Of a DNA stretch of 64,000 nt, positions 1 through 14,360 are shown piece after piece. The position numbers were made by a program, and so were the translations under genes. The number at the start of each line of letters is the position of its first letter. Position 1 is the stretch's first letter. Below the pieces are notes generated by a model. It saw only the letters and a program-made list of their open reading frames with translations. It had not been told where the DNA came from and did no database searches. This DNA is from Eledone cirrhosa. Lineage: Eukaryota. The DNA is taken from the NCBI GenBank assembly GCA_964016885.1, contig OZ024754.1, positions 41,230,001 to 41,294,000 of the forward strand, written 5' to 3'.

Positions 1-440
1 ATGATGATATATATATACACACACACATATATCTGTTGGTATGTTGTCAGTTTTCTATATAATCTTCTGTGGTTTACTGGCTGATACTGAACAGTGCTAA
101 ATTACTGCTGTGTCCCTATTTATCTACACCTCAATAGATACTCCTCCATGTTAACATTTAAATCATACATCAATATTATCACTGATAATCTAAATACATT
201 TGACATTTATCGAAATATCATTTCTTTCTTTTCTTTCTATATTTACTTTTCATTTATATTTACTTTGTTCTTCGATTTCTTGTTTTCCTAACTACATCAG
301 AAAATATGTAATATTTGAAAATATCATTTTAAAAATCCTATTGTTTCCTCTCAAATGTCTTCATTGTCAGTTTTCCTTGGTAATAATATGGGCTGAGGTT
401 TCAAATTTATCGCTTTACTAACTATTCAATTGTAAAGTAA

Positions 441-608
441 TAATTATTTCTACTTTAGGCACAAGGCCAGCAATTACCCAGTACTTTATTTTATCGACCC
501 CGTAAGGATGAAAGGCAAAGTCAACCTCGGCGAGATTTGAACTCAGACCGTAAAGGGACGTAACTATGCTGGAAAGCATGGCGTCCGACCCTCTACCGAT
601 ACTGCCAA
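441..608 (-). mobile_element. tRNA-derived SINE family A
   Basis: TGGCAGTATCGGTAGA (A-box-like) ... GAGTTCAAATC (B-box-like) head and (ATT) tail; many near-identical copies. Confidence 0.85.
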
Positions 609-949
609 AGTAATAATGGTAGCTGGTTTGTAAATGCTTAGACAAAAGCCTCAAATATACTTTAACCTTTTTATTACAGTACAGGAGTGCTGGAAAGTTC
701 CTGGCTTAAGGATGTCACAAAAAGGTAGAGCTGTTACCTTTACTAGGAGAGGTAGGACCACAGCAATAAGCATGTGAATCTGAGAGTAGATAAAATCATA
801 ATTAACTGATCCTCCTGTATTTTCTTTTATCCCAAGCCAAGAAATTTTCAACACCCCAGTATTTCAAATGAAATACACTGTCTGTGTGTTTCAATTAATT
901 TTTAAAATAACCAAATATCAGGAGAAATTTAATAAAACAACTAAAAATT

Positions 950-1110
950 GAGAGATCACAGCTCCAATATTATGAAGATGTGGTTAGAATGTCACAGGAA
1001 AGAATTGCTGGACAGATTTTACAGACAAAACCAACCAGCAGGAGACCAAGGAGGTAAATCCCAAGCTGAACAAGATGGTTGGATAACATCCATAAGCTCA
1101 GCTGGTTTCA
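950..1110 (+). mobile_element. RTE-clade LINE 3' fragment inside a family-2 MITE
   Basis: ERSQLQYYEDVVRMSQERIAGQILQTKPTSRRPRR..RWLDNI, typical of an RTE C-terminus. Confidence 0.65.
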
Positions 1111-1381
1111 TTTAAAACAGAGTTTTGAGTGGTAGAATAGGTGGGAAGGGATCAGGTGGTTTGATATCAAAAAAGGGTTAATCAATTCATCACCTGTTGG
1201 TTTTGCACAAGAATCCAACATGCCACCTGCTTCATGAAACGAACCCCCATAAAAAAACCCTATGATTATGGGTTCAACACCCTATCCACTAGGCCACACA
1301 ATTTCCTAGTTTCAGTTTAAGATGAGAAGTCTAACCCCCCCCCCATCTTTACATGAGGAAGAAGATGTATTTTCTAATGGT

Positions 1382-1610
1382 TTAACCCTTTAGCATTTGC
1401 ATTATTCTCTATATACTATTGTATTTTCGTGGTAAAGGCTTTACCTTACATAATTATCTCACATAATATTGAATTTATGAGATTTTGATATTATTTATTT
1501 TGAGAACAATATTTTAACATTGGTATGAGTGGCTGGTTATGGCCGGTTTGAACAGAAAGAGGTGAGAGAATTCTGGTCGGATACAGCCGGTTTGAATGCT
1601 AAAGGTTTAA
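1382..1610. mobile_element. piggyBac-type MITE, family 1
   Basis: TTAA|CCCTTTAGCATT ... AATGCTAAAGGT|TTAA termini; four copies in the window. Confidence 0.8.
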
Positions 1611-1629
1611 TTAAAAAAGGTTATATTAC

Positions 1630-1802
1630 CTGTTCAGCTAACATTAGCCACAACAACTGGTGAGTTATAGAATACTTCATTAGACCACGACAGGTCATCA
1701 TCAGGGCACATTTGTTGCTGATAGAACACCGAGGCTGGTCACTGGAACCTATCAGTTCTTTCATACAGTTATCACTGGCAGTTTCTTCAATTTCTCCATA
1801 CA
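1630..1802 (-). CDS. C16orf89: Internal coding exon of a UPF0764/C16orf89-like (DUF4735) protein
   Basis: Acceptor gtttttttcag and donor CAG|gtaata; 173 nt, phase 1-0; only one frame is open. EETASDNCMKELIG..PRCSISNKCALMMTCRGLMKYSITHQLLWLM matches the C16orf89 pattern EERSDVCLVQLLG..EPCGLSDLCRSLMTKPGCSGYCLSHQLLFFL, with three Cys and HQLL conserved. Confidence 0.88.
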
Positions 1803-2491
1803 CTGAAAAAACAAACCCAAAACAAAACATTTTGAAGAATTAGAGAGAAATTTCTATATATTATAATGAGGAAATGAATAAATACAAAAATATACAAAAT
1901 ACTGAGAGATGGTTGTAATTGATTGAAGTCTAAGGTATGAAAAATTTAAGGACTCAATACTGGGTGAGGAAATTATGGTTTCATTTGTGGATCAATAAAG
2001 GATGACAGATGTGATTGAATCAGGCAGTGATCAAATAAAGAGCTAGATAATGTGGAATGGTCATGCCCCAGTATGGCCTCAGCCTGTTGAGTGGAACACC
2101 TAATAGAGTAAAGGAAACAAATGCACAAATGAATTAAAAATATAGCTGAAGTCCTACATTAGACAAGAGCTTAGGTTACAACAAGGGTCTTAAGGCCATT
2201 TCCCTCACTAAAGCAGGAGTTAACCTTGTAGGCTCCATAACAGAGCTATCTTTTTTTAGGGCAATGTTTTACAGCCAGATGCTCTTCCTGGTGCCAACCA
2301 TTATAGTTGCCTCTTACAACACACAACAACAGTATACCTGGACGCACACAATCAGAGAACAATTAAAAAAATGGGAAAAAAGTGCAGCTAAATTTATTTA
2401 ACAAACTGATGGAAAATCTTTGAATAACATGAATCTTTTGAAAAATCAACATGTAAAGAAAGAGCAACTAATATTTGTTTCATTTTTTAAA

Positions 2492-2720
2492 TTCTTCTTG
2501 TTCACCCGCAATTATTCCTGAGAGAGTTGAGTGGGTGGGCAAAGCCCTCAAACACTTCTTCCAGCAGGTCCTGTCAGAAGAAATCATTTCCAATTGACCT
2601 GGCTGGATCCCCAAGTACGACCAGCCAAGCTCATGGATACTATCTAATCCTCTTGCTTGGGGTCTACCTCTGGGTTTCCTGCTGGCTGGTTTTACCTATA
2701 AAATTTGTTCAGCGATTTTT
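2492..2720 (-). mobile_element. RTE-clade LINE 3' end
   Basis: Minus strand KIAEQIL*VKPASRKPRGRPQARGLDSIHELGW...; AAG tail; homologous to 950-1110 in inverted orientation. Confidence 0.7.
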
Positions 2721-3561
2721 CAGAAGACAGAAGAAGAAACTATTCAATATTAATTTTTATTAACTTTTTAATTATCTTATTTATAATGAAAGCACAGTTT
2801 AGAATTTTCAATTAACCTTGAAAATAATCAAGAATTTTCAGATATTTAATGAAATCGCTAATTTTCTCATTTGAAGCATTAACAAAAGTTATTTTATAAA
2901 ATTGTGATGGAAAGGCTTTAGATAAATATAAACACTTTAAAACAAACAGTTTTATGTCATTGACCCAGGGGCTGTTTCAGGTGGTTTGGTGTTTAAAGAG
3001 TTAAACAATCCTTTCCAACATCAACACCACCCTTCTCCATTGACATGCCCCGGGCCCATTTGGGAATTCTATAAGTTTTAAAGAGAAACTTTGTTTTCTA
3101 CTGTTTTATAAGCACTTGTTCATGTTAGCATGATTAAGTTGAGTGGATGATTGCATATTAACAATTGAAACGGGTTTATTCTACAAAATATATTATCTAA
3201 GTTGAGAACAGCAAAGAAATAGAATTCTGGATAAAAACAACATAAAGCAAACAAGTTAAGAGACAAGTAAAGCTGAAACCAAGTTTAATGTTTAATCCCA
3301 ATCTTTTCCAATAGCAATTTTCTCTATCTTTAAATTATCATGTTCCTGTGCACATGGAGAAATTACATTTATATGAAGAATAGTCTGCAAAAATAAATGA
3401 AACCATGATTGCAATACTGAAGTAACTACCACATGAGACTAACACTTAAGATGCTTGCTTGCTCTGTATTCAATATTCAACAAAAGAGAGATATCATACA
3501 CATCTATGAAATATTGATTTCTTCATTTAATAATAATGATTTCACGACATGGAATGTCAAC

Positions 3562-3595
<34 letters not shown>

Positions 3596-4656
3596 AATAA
3601 ATAAAAATTACCATACTATTGAATTTTATAGGATATTCATATAAGTTTTTTAAAAAGTGATGTGAAAAACTTTAAAGTACAAACTTTCTCCATCACACAC
3701 AATACATACAGAATTGAACACAATTTGAACTAAAGAGAACTAAACAATTCCAAAATAGATTCAATAAATATTAGTTCAGGAATAGTGGAAGGACATTATA
3801 TTCGATATTATATCTGAATATAAGAATTATGTATTCAGTTTAGACTAGGTAGACTGTATGCTTGTGTGTCATAAAGAAATGACTAAAACGGTCGGTGTGA
3901 GGAAGGGCATCTGGTTGTAAAACATTGCCTCAAAAAATTCCTTCCAGCCCATGCCAGCATAGAAAAGTTGATGTAAAAACAAGGAAGAGAAAATGACGAT
4001 ATATATAGTATAGAGGTAACCAAGAGTGTGTAAATGTGTATATAAATTGAAAAAACAAAACAAAAAAAAACAAAAATGATAAACACCTTTAATCAATTTT
4101 TCAACCAAGTTGGGTTCTCACCAGAAGAGATGTACACCATCTAAACAAGAAATCTCAGTTTGCTCTATATTGTATCAGTATTATTTTTATGTTCACTTTT
4201 GAATACTGGCATGAGTTGGATGAGATATTTAGAGACAATGTTTTACAGTTGGATGCCCCAGCATGGTCTCAGCCTGTTGGCTGGAACATGTAATGGAGTA
4301 AGAGAGAGTTGGGTGCCCTTCTTGATGTCAACCTGACCCCTTTAGTTAGCTTTTACAACATCCAATAATACAGACATAACTTTATTGTATACTTTGGCTG
4401 CTTAGCACACAATTATATCTGAAATACAATTTTGCTGTGCTGAGTCATCAGGAACATTGGCTGATCTTTTAGGCATAAAAAAGCAAGAGTGGAAGTAATT
4501 TTGACATTACTGGTCATCTGACATGTTTAACTTCACTCAAGGGGGAATTACTAACCACATATATTGGAGATGGCGCACTATATGAAGAACTATTCAGTTT
4601 ATCAGATAAATAAGTATTGACAAAACAACAAAGTGAGTTTTTATGTTCCACCAGAG

Positions 4657-5775
4657 GTTTTTGTAGATATTAGAGAAAGGAGTTACATTTATAAGTGTTG
4701 GGTCACTGTTGGTTCTGATGATGTGTATTCTGGTTGTTCAAACAACAAGTGGCTGAGCACTCTACCAGCAGTCTTTGTAGATATTAGAGAAAGGGGTCAA
4801 ATTTATGAGTGTTGGGTCACTGTGGGTTCTCCATGATGTGTATTCTGGTTGTTCAAACAACAAGTGGCTGAGCACTCTACCAGCAGTCTTTGTAGATATT
4901 AGAGAAAGGGGTCAAATTTATGAGTGTTGGGTCACTGTTGGTTCTGATGATGTGTATTCTGGTTGGTTCAAACAACAAGTGGCTGAGCACTCTACCAGCA
5001 GTCTTTGTAGATATTAGAGAAAGGGGTCAAATTTATGAGTGTTGGGTCACTGTGGGTTCTCCATGATGTGTATTCTGGTTGGTTCAAACAACAAGTGGCT
5101 GAGCACTCTACCAGCAGTCTTTGTAGATATTAGAGAAAGGGGTCAAATTTATGAGTGTTGGGTCACTGTTGGTTCTGATGATGTGTATTCTGGTTGTTCA
5201 AACAACAAGTGGCTGAGCACTCTACCAGCAGTCTTTGTAGATATTAGAGAAAGGGGTCAAATTTATGAGTGTTGGGTCACTGTTGGTGCTGATGATGTGT
5301 ATTCTGGTTGTTCAAACAACAAGTGGCTGAGCACTCTACCAGCAGTCTTTGTAGATATTAGAGAAAGGGGTCAAATTTATGAGTGTTGGGTCACTGTTGG
5401 TGCTGATGATGTGTATTCTGGTTGTTCAAACAACAAGTGGCTGAGCACTCTACCAGCAGTCTTTGTAGATATTAGAGAAAGGGGTCAAATTTATGAGTGT
5501 TGGGTCACTGTGGGTTCTGATGATGTGTATTCTGGTTGGTTCAAACAACAAGTGGCTGAGCACTCTACCAGCAGTCTTTGTAGATATTAGAGAAAGGGGT
5601 CAAATTTATGAGTGTTGGGTCACTGTGGGTTCTGATGATGTGTATTCTGGTTGGTTCAAACAACAAGTGGCTGAGCACTCTACCAGCAGTCTTTGTAGAT
5701 ATTAGAGAAAGGGGTCAAATTTATGAGTGTTGGGTCACTGTTGGTTCTGATGATGTGTGTTTTGGTTGTTCAACA
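4657..5775. repeat. 114-bp tandem repeat (~10 units)
   Basis: 38-codon periodicity; the unit includes AAGTGGCTGAGCACTCTAC, also seen in the adjacent SINE (6021-6039). Confidence 0.95.
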
Positions 5776-5797
5776 ACAGAACAACCTTCTTGTGAAA

Positions 5798-6015
5798 TTA
5801 ACCCTTTAGCATTTAAACCGGCCATATCCGGCCAGAATTCTTTCATCTCTTTCTGTTCAAACCAGCTGTAACTGGCCACTCATAGTGATGTTAAGGTATT
5901 TTTCTCAAAAATATAAAAATCTCATAGATTTGATATGTGAGATATTTATGAGGTAAAGCCTTTACTGTGAAAATAAAATAGTAAATATAGAGTAATATGC
6001 ATGCTAAAGGGTTAA
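5798..6015. mobile_element. piggyBac-type MITE, family 1, nested in a SINE
   Basis: TTAA|CCCTTTAGCAT...ATGCTAAAGGG|TTAA; opposite orientation to the 1382 copy; removing it leaves the empty site gaaaTTAAcgtgcaagtggctgag. Confidence 0.85.
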
Positions 6016-6920
6016 CGTGCAAGTGGCTGAGCATTCTACAAATATGCACCGGTAACATAATTTTCAAGGGAGATTCAATGTGACACAAGATGTGACAAGG
6101 CTGGTATTTGAATTACAGGTACGACTAACTTTTGCATACTGAGTAAACTGGAGCAACGTGAAATAAAGTGTCTTGCTCAAGGACACAAGGTGTCACAGAG
6201 AGTTGAACACACTAAATTAGAATGATGAGGCAAACATTCCTAACCACTAAGCTATGTGTCTTCACAGATTTATGAAGAAGGATTATTAATACGAATGAGC
6301 TTATATGGAAGTCACCATCATCTGATATATTTAATGATTATATTTTTATATCCCTTAAGAAGGGGGGACTAGATAAATGGTGGTTGCCAGGGTAATGATA
6401 GTTACAGGAGGAAATACAGCAGAAAGAGAACACATCTTTAGAAGCTGTACAATTGGCAGGTTTGGTATTTATTGAACATCCATAAATGGAAATACAAATG
6501 GAAGTGTCAGATATGAGTGTTAAAATTAATATATGAAATATATACTTGAGAGATTGGTTGAACAGAATAAGTTAAGAGGCAGGAACCAGCTTTCTTCAGA
6601 ATTGATATATAAAGAATCAGCCAGAAAGTCTGACTAATATGGTAAAACAGAGTTGTTTTTTAGCCCCCATCCCCGCCCCTCCTCTACTTTCCTTTGATAT
6701 TGATTAGAAGAAAATCAAAACCAAAGCTAACAGCAAATGTAACAATATTTATCAACAAAAATTGTGTCCTGCAGGGATTGATAGATAAACTGAGCAGTGA
6801 AGTGCACTAATGCTATCAATGTAGAACAGAAGAGAATGTCCCTCCATCTTAACATTTAGTTGGACATGATTTTTATCAGCTATACAAGAGAATGGAAGGA
6901 ATAACAATAATAATAATAAT

Positions 6921-7297
6921 AATTGTTTCTACGTTAGGAACAAGGCCAGCAATTATCCAGTGTATTACTGGTACATTATTTTATCGACCTCGTAAGGATG
7001 AAAGGCAAAGTTAACCTCGGCGGGATTTGAACTCAGAATGGCAAGGGCCGTAACTCTATGAGCCAAATCATGGCATCCGACACTCTACCAATACTGCCAA
7101 TAATAATAATAATAATTGTTTCTACTTTTGGCACAAGGCCAGCAATTACCCCCAGTGCATTACTGGTACTTTATTTTATCGACCCCCGTAAGGATGAAAG
7201 GCAAAGTTAACCTCAGTGGGATTTGAACTCAGAATGTAAAGGGCCGTAACTCTCTGCTGCAAAGCATGGCGTCCGACCCTCTACCGATACTGCCAAA
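6921..7297 (-). mobile_element. Tandem dimer of SINE family A
   Basis: Two head-to-tail copies separated by (AAT)n. Confidence 0.85.
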
Positions 7298-7428
7298 CTA
7301 CCACCCTAACAACAACAACAGCAACAACAATAATAATAATAAAAATAATAGTTAACTAGTTACATTGCAATGACTGACAAATCAATGATAAAGTTGGAGG
7401 ATTTACTTCAAATACCAACAGAGAAAAC

Positions 7429-7925
7429 AGATGGCGACGATGGTGATGATGATGGTGGTGATGATGATGGTGATGATGATGATGGTGATGGTGATGATGA
7501 TGATGGTGATGGTGATGGTGGTGATGGTGATGGTGGTGATGATGATGGTGATGGTGATGGTGGTGATGGTGATGGTGGTGATGATGATGGTGATGGTGAT
7601 GATGGTGATGATGATGGTGGTGATGGTGATGGTGATGGTGATGATGATGGTGGTGATGATGATGATGATGATGATGATGGTGATGGTGATGATGATGATG
7701 GTGATGGTGGTGATGGTGATGGTGGTGATGATGATGGTGATGGTGATGATGGTGATGATGATGGTGGTGATGGTGATGGTGGTGATGGTGATGGTGGTGA
7801 TGATGATGGTGATGGTGATGATGGTGATGATGATGGTGGTGGTGATGATGATGATGATGGTGGTGATGATGATGATGATGACGACTATGATGGTGATGAT
7901 GACGACTATGATGATGATGGATGGA
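7429..7925. repeat. (GAT/GGT)n microsatellite
   Basis: Read directly from the sequence. Confidence 0.97.
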
Positions 7926-8240
7926 TGGAATCCATTCAAAGACAGAAGGATTTAGTAATATAAGAACATATATTCTAATCCTCTGCCACTCCACTCCACT
8001 CCACTGTAAGGGTGTGTGCATGTATGTATATATATATATGTGTGTGTGTGTCTGTATGTATATATGTATGTATGTATATATATGTGAGTGTGTGTCTGTA
8101 TATATGTATGTATCTATGTATGTATGTATATATATATATGTGTGTGTCTGTATATATATATATGTATGTATGTATGTATATATGTATGTATATATATATA
8201 TATGTGTATGTATGTATATATATATATATGTGTGTGTCTG

Positions 8241-8271
<31 letters not shown>

Positions 8272-8349
8272 GTCATCATCATCACATGTATATATATAAA
8301 CCCATGCAAGCGTGGAACACGGACGCTAAACCTGATGATGATATATATA

Positions 8350-8405
<56 letters not shown>

Positions 8406-8547
8406 AATATATATATATATGTATATATATATAAATATATATATATATGTATATATATATAAATATATATATATATGTATATATATATAAATATATATAT
8501 ATGTATATATATATACATATAAATATATATATATGTATATATATATA

Positions 8548-8606
<59 letters not shown>

Positions 8607-8615
8607 CTGCCAGTG

Positions 8616-8668
8616 ACCTCACAAATATATTTCCTACGTCAGTTTAGTTGAAATATGTCTTCAGAGGC
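8616..8668 (-). ncRNA. Decayed hammerhead ribozyme motif
   Basis: GCCU-CUGAAGA-(imperfect stem II)-GAAAUAUAUUUGUG-AGGU; the cleavage triplet is GUG (not NUH), so probably inactive. Lies in a ~175-bp insert between (TA)n tracts (8607-8783). Confidence 0.5.
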
Positions 8669-8806
8669 AATGCCAAGCTAAAGACTACTTTGTCAAATAT
8701 TTATCTAACACACTCTTCATCTATACAAGATCTCATCTATTTTGGCAGTGTGGTTATCTGCCCTTCATTCAGGCTCTAGTGTTTATATATATATATATAT
8801 ATATCA

Positions 8807-9147
8807 TTCATCATCATCATTTCATCATACGTCCGCTTTTTCCCTGCTTGCAAGGGTGGGACGGGAACTGATTCTGGCTTGAGCTCTACAGCTGGATGCC
8901 CTTCCTAACACCAACCTCATTTACAGGGAGTGCTGGGTGTTTTTTTGCCGTGGCACCTCCACGACCACTTAGCAGTGGAATGATAGGGACCCCAGTCCCA
9001 TCATCACATTTCTACAGCTGAGTAAACTGGAGCAATGTGAAATAAAGTGTCTTGCTCAAGGACACAACACATCACCCGGTCTGAGAATTGAACTCACAAC
9101 CTTTCGATTGCAAGGCCAATGCTCTAACCACTAAGCCATGTGCCTCC
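8807..9147 (-). mobile_element. SINE family B with RTE tail
   Basis: Reverse-complement homolog of 23015-23306. Confidence 0.82.
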
Positions 9148-9148
9148 A

Positions 9149-10000
<852 letters not shown>

Positions 10001-10351
10001 GAAAGATTTGAATGGATACAGTTTAGTTGAAAGGAATTTATTGACACGTGTTTCTATAACAGTTACATAACCTAAAACAGCTATCTACAAACTTTTAGTT
10101 ATGCAGACATTCAATATTTCAATGTTATTATTTACTGTCATTTCATCAGAATAATATTACTGAGGACCTATTTAGTTTTTATAGAGAATATTAGGAGGGA
10201 GGGGTGAAGTTGTTAGAAGAATAGTTGAAGGAGTGGTTTTTCGATAGCAGTGAGAATTCTTGGTGGCAGTGAGTAATTAGATTCCCATCTGTTGTTTTGA
10301 CATTTTTTTTTAATGGAATATATTATTGGTTATATATATATATTGGTTATA

Positions 10352-10485
<134 letters not shown>

Positions 10486-10632
10486 CATATATACATATAT
10501 ATATATATATGTATATATATATGTATCTAATACATTCGTTCAATCTTTCACCATGATCTCACCACCTCTAGAAACACTTGTTTTTTCTCTCTAACCACAA
10601 TCTGCAGGACATTGGTGGAGAAGTAAGCAGTG

Positions 10633-12394
10633 AGTTATACACAAGTTACTTTTGAGGGAACCAACTAACAGGAGAAATAGTAAGGGTACTTATACACAAG
10701 TTACTATTGTGGGAACTAATTCAGGGGAGACACAGTAGAGGAAGTTATATACAAGCTACTATTGTGGGAATCAACTCACAGGAGACAGTGGAGGTAGTTA
10801 TATACAAGTTACTACTGTGGGAATCAACTCATGAGACATAGAGGAAGTTATACATAAGTTACTATTGTGGGAACCAACTTGTGGGAGATACGGTAGAAGA
10901 AGTTATACACAAGTTACTATTGTGAGAACTAATTCAGGGGAGATACGGTAGAGTTAGTTATACACAAGTTACTATTGTGGGAACTAATTCAGGGGAGATA
11001 CGGTAGAGGAAGTTATACACAAGTTACTATTGTGAGAACTAATTCAGGGGAGATACGGTAGAGGGAGTTATACACAAGTTACTATTGTGGGAACTAATTC
11101 AGGGGAGATACGGTAGAGGAAGTTACTATTGTGAGAACTAATTCAGGGGAGATACGGAGAGGAAGTTATACACAAGTTACTATTGTGAGAACTAATTCAG
11201 GGGAGATACGGTAGAGGGAGTTATACACAAGTTACTATTGTGGGAACTATTTCAGGGGAGATACGGTAGAGGAAGTTATACACAAGTTACTATTGTGAGA
11301 ACTAATTCAGGGGAGATACGGTAGAGGGAGTTATACACAAGTTACTATTGTGGGAACTATTTCAGGGGAGATACGGTAGAGGGAGTTATACACAAGTTAC
11401 TATTGTGAGAACTAATTCAGGGGAGATACGGTAGAGGAAGTTATACACAAGTTACTATTGTGGGAACCATGTCATGGGAGACACAGTAGAGGAAGTTATA
11501 CACAAGTTGTGGGAACCAACTGTTGGGAGATACAGTAGAGGAAGTTATACACAAGCTACTATTATGGGAACCAACTGTTGGGAGATACAGTAGAGGTAGT
11601 TATACACAAGCTACTATTATGGGAACCAACTGTTGGGAGATACAGTAGAGGTAGTTATACACAAGCTACTATTATGGGAACCAACTGTTGGGAGATACAG
11701 TAGAGGTAGTTATACACAAGCTACTATTGTGGGAACCAACTGTTGGGAGATACAGTAGAGGTAGTTATACACAAGCTACTATTATGGGAACCAACTGTTG
11801 GGAGATACAGTAGATGTAGTTATACACAAGCTACTATTATGGGAACCAACTGTTGGGAGATACAGTAGAGGTAGTTATACACAAGCTACTATTATGGGAA
11901 CCAACTGTTGGGAGATACAGTAGAGGTAGTTATACACAAGCTACTATTATGGGAACCAACTGTTGGGAGATACAGTAGAGGTAGTTATACACAAGCTACT
12001 ATTGTGGGAACCAACTGTTGGGAGATACAGTAGAGGTAGTTATACACAAGCTACTATTATGGGAACCAACTGTTGGGAGATACAGTAGAGGTAGTTATAC
12101 ACAAGCTACTATTATGGGAACCAACTGTTGGGAGATACAGTAGAGGTAGTTATACACAAGCTACTATTATGGGAACCAACTGTTGGGAGATACAGTAGAG
12201 GTAGTTATACACAAGCTACTATTGTGGGAACCAACTGTTGGGAGATACAGTAGAGGTAGTTATACACAAGCTACTATTATGGGAACCAACTGTTGGGAGA
12301 TACAGTAGATGTAGTTATACACAAGCTACTATTGTGGGAACCAACTGTTGGGAGACAGAGTGGGGGTAGTTATACACAAGTTACTATTGTGGGA
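10633..12394. repeat. 55-bp minisatellite (~32 units, two sub-blocks)
   Basis: Units of GTTATACACAAG(T/C)TACTATT...; the variant switches near 11470. Confidence 0.95.
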
Positions 12395-12965
12395 AGAAGT
12401 AAGAAGAAATATTCTCTCCTACTTCTCACCAATCACTGCCCCATCCTCCCTCACTGAACATGTTGTGGTTTATAGCAAGAATTAGCCAAAAAATTCGCTC
12501 AATTAGCTAGAAATATAGCTACAAGAAATGTATCTTTTTTTAAAGGTTTACTATAGCAAATAATTAAAATATGGATTACTTTTTTTTGAAATAAAATATT
12601 TTAATAAAATAACAGTGCAAAAACAACTTATTAAAAAAGAAAAATGAAAGCTGAGAGAGAAATTTTGAAAATTGAAAGCCTAGCAGTGATTAAAAAAAAA
12701 AGAAGCTATATATATATATATATATATTTAAAAATTACAGGAAAACACACACATAGATGCACACACTAACACATATACATACACACAAATACATATACAC
12801 ACAAACATACACAAGTACACACATACACACATACAACAAAGGTTTCAATTTTCTCCATTTCAATTTCCAGCGGGTGTGAATAGGAAATTGTTTCAGTGTA
12901 GGTGAGAGAAAAGGGAGGTTAGCCCCAATTAGGGATGTAGGTATAGGCTAACATATGACAAGGTT

Positions 12966-14073
12966 GGTCAGATGAAATGTTCATAGGCTGACTATGAAGG
13001 AGTGACGCTAGAGCTGTGAAATCTTGTAGTATGAGGGTCAGATGAAATGTTCATAGGCTGACTATGAAGGAGTGACGCTAGAGCTGTGAAATCTTGTAGT
13101 ATGAGGGTCAGATGAAATGTTCATAGGCTGACTATGAAGGAGTGACGCTAGAGCTGTGAAATCTTGTAGTATGAGGGTCAGATGAAATGTTCATAGGCTG
13201 ACTATGAAGGAGTGACGCTAGAGCAGTGAAATCTTGTAGTATGAGGGTCAGATGAAATGTTCATAGGCTGACTATGAAGAAGTGACGCTAGAGCAGTGAA
13301 ATCTTGTAGTATGAGGGTCAGATGAAATGTTCATAGGCTGACTATGAAGAAGTGACGCTAGAGCAGTGAAATCTTGTAGTATGAGGGTCAGATGAAATGT
13401 TCATAGGCTGACTATGAAGGAGTGACGCTAGAGCTGTGAAATCTTGTAGTATGAGGGTCAGATGAAATGTTCATAGGCTGACTATGAAGGAGTGATGCTA
13501 GAACTGTGAAATCTTGTAGTATGAGGGTCAGATGAAATGTTCATAGGCTGACTATGAAGGAGTGACGCTAGAGCTGTGAAATCTTGTAGTATGAGGGTCA
13601 GATGAAATGTTCATAGGCTGACTATGAAGGAGTGACGCTAGAGCTGTGAAATCTTGTAGTATGAGGGTCAGATGAAATGTTCATAGGCTGACTATGAAGG
13701 AGTGACGCTAGAGCAGTGAAATCTTGTAGTATGAGGGTCAGATGAAATGTTCATAGGCTGACTATGAAGAAGTGACGCTAGAGCAGTGAAATCTTGTAGT
13801 ATGAGGGTCAGATGAAATGTTCATAGGCTGACTATGAAGAAGTGACGCTAGAGCAGTGAAATCTTGTAGTATGAGGGTCAGATGAAATGTTCATAGGCTG
13901 ACTATGAAGGAGTGACGCTAGAGCTGTGAAATCTTGTAGTATGAGGGTCAGATGAAATGTTCATAGGCTGACTATGAAGGAGTGATGCTAGAACTGTGAA
14001 ATCTTGTAGTATGAGGGTCAGATGAAATGTTCATAGGCTGACTATGAAGGAGTGACGCTAGAGCAGTGAAATC
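12966..14073. repeat. 70-bp tandem repeat (~16 units)
   Basis: GTCAGATGAAATGTTCATAGGCTGACTATGAAGGAGTGACGCTAGAGCTGTGAAATCTTGTAGTATGAGG. Confidence 0.95.
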
Positions 14074-14291
14074 TAGCATGCATTAATTTCAACTATTCTT
14101 ATTAATAACTGCAATGTTTCTTTCCAGGGACTAAGTTGAAAAATGTACCTGATTTGGTCATTCCTTGACACCAACGATGTTACAATATATATTATATGTT
14201 AGGTAATTCCGAAGGAAAAGCAAAGGGGACAAGAGTGCTCTATGTATAGAACAGAGCTATTTAATTAGAAAGTGAACACAAAATATAACTA

Positions 14292-14357
14292 CTCCATTAC
14301 CAAAGGTTTCTGGATCACAGACAATAATAATATAGGTCTGGATTAGTCATCAGATGA
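14292..14357 (-). ncRNA. Minimal type-I hammerhead ribozyme (left arm of fold-back, host-gene sense strand)
   Basis: Minus strand reads UCAU-CUGAUGA-cuaauccagac...gucugugaucca-GAAACCUUUGGUA-AUGG; stem I is only 4 bp and stem II is partly decayed. Confidence 0.55.
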
Positions 14358-14360
14358 CAT

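Noticed and set aside
4714-5760. CTGATGA in most 114-bp units (possible tandem hammerheads)
   Set aside because: Followed by CAAAC rather than GAAAC, with no convincing stems I or II.
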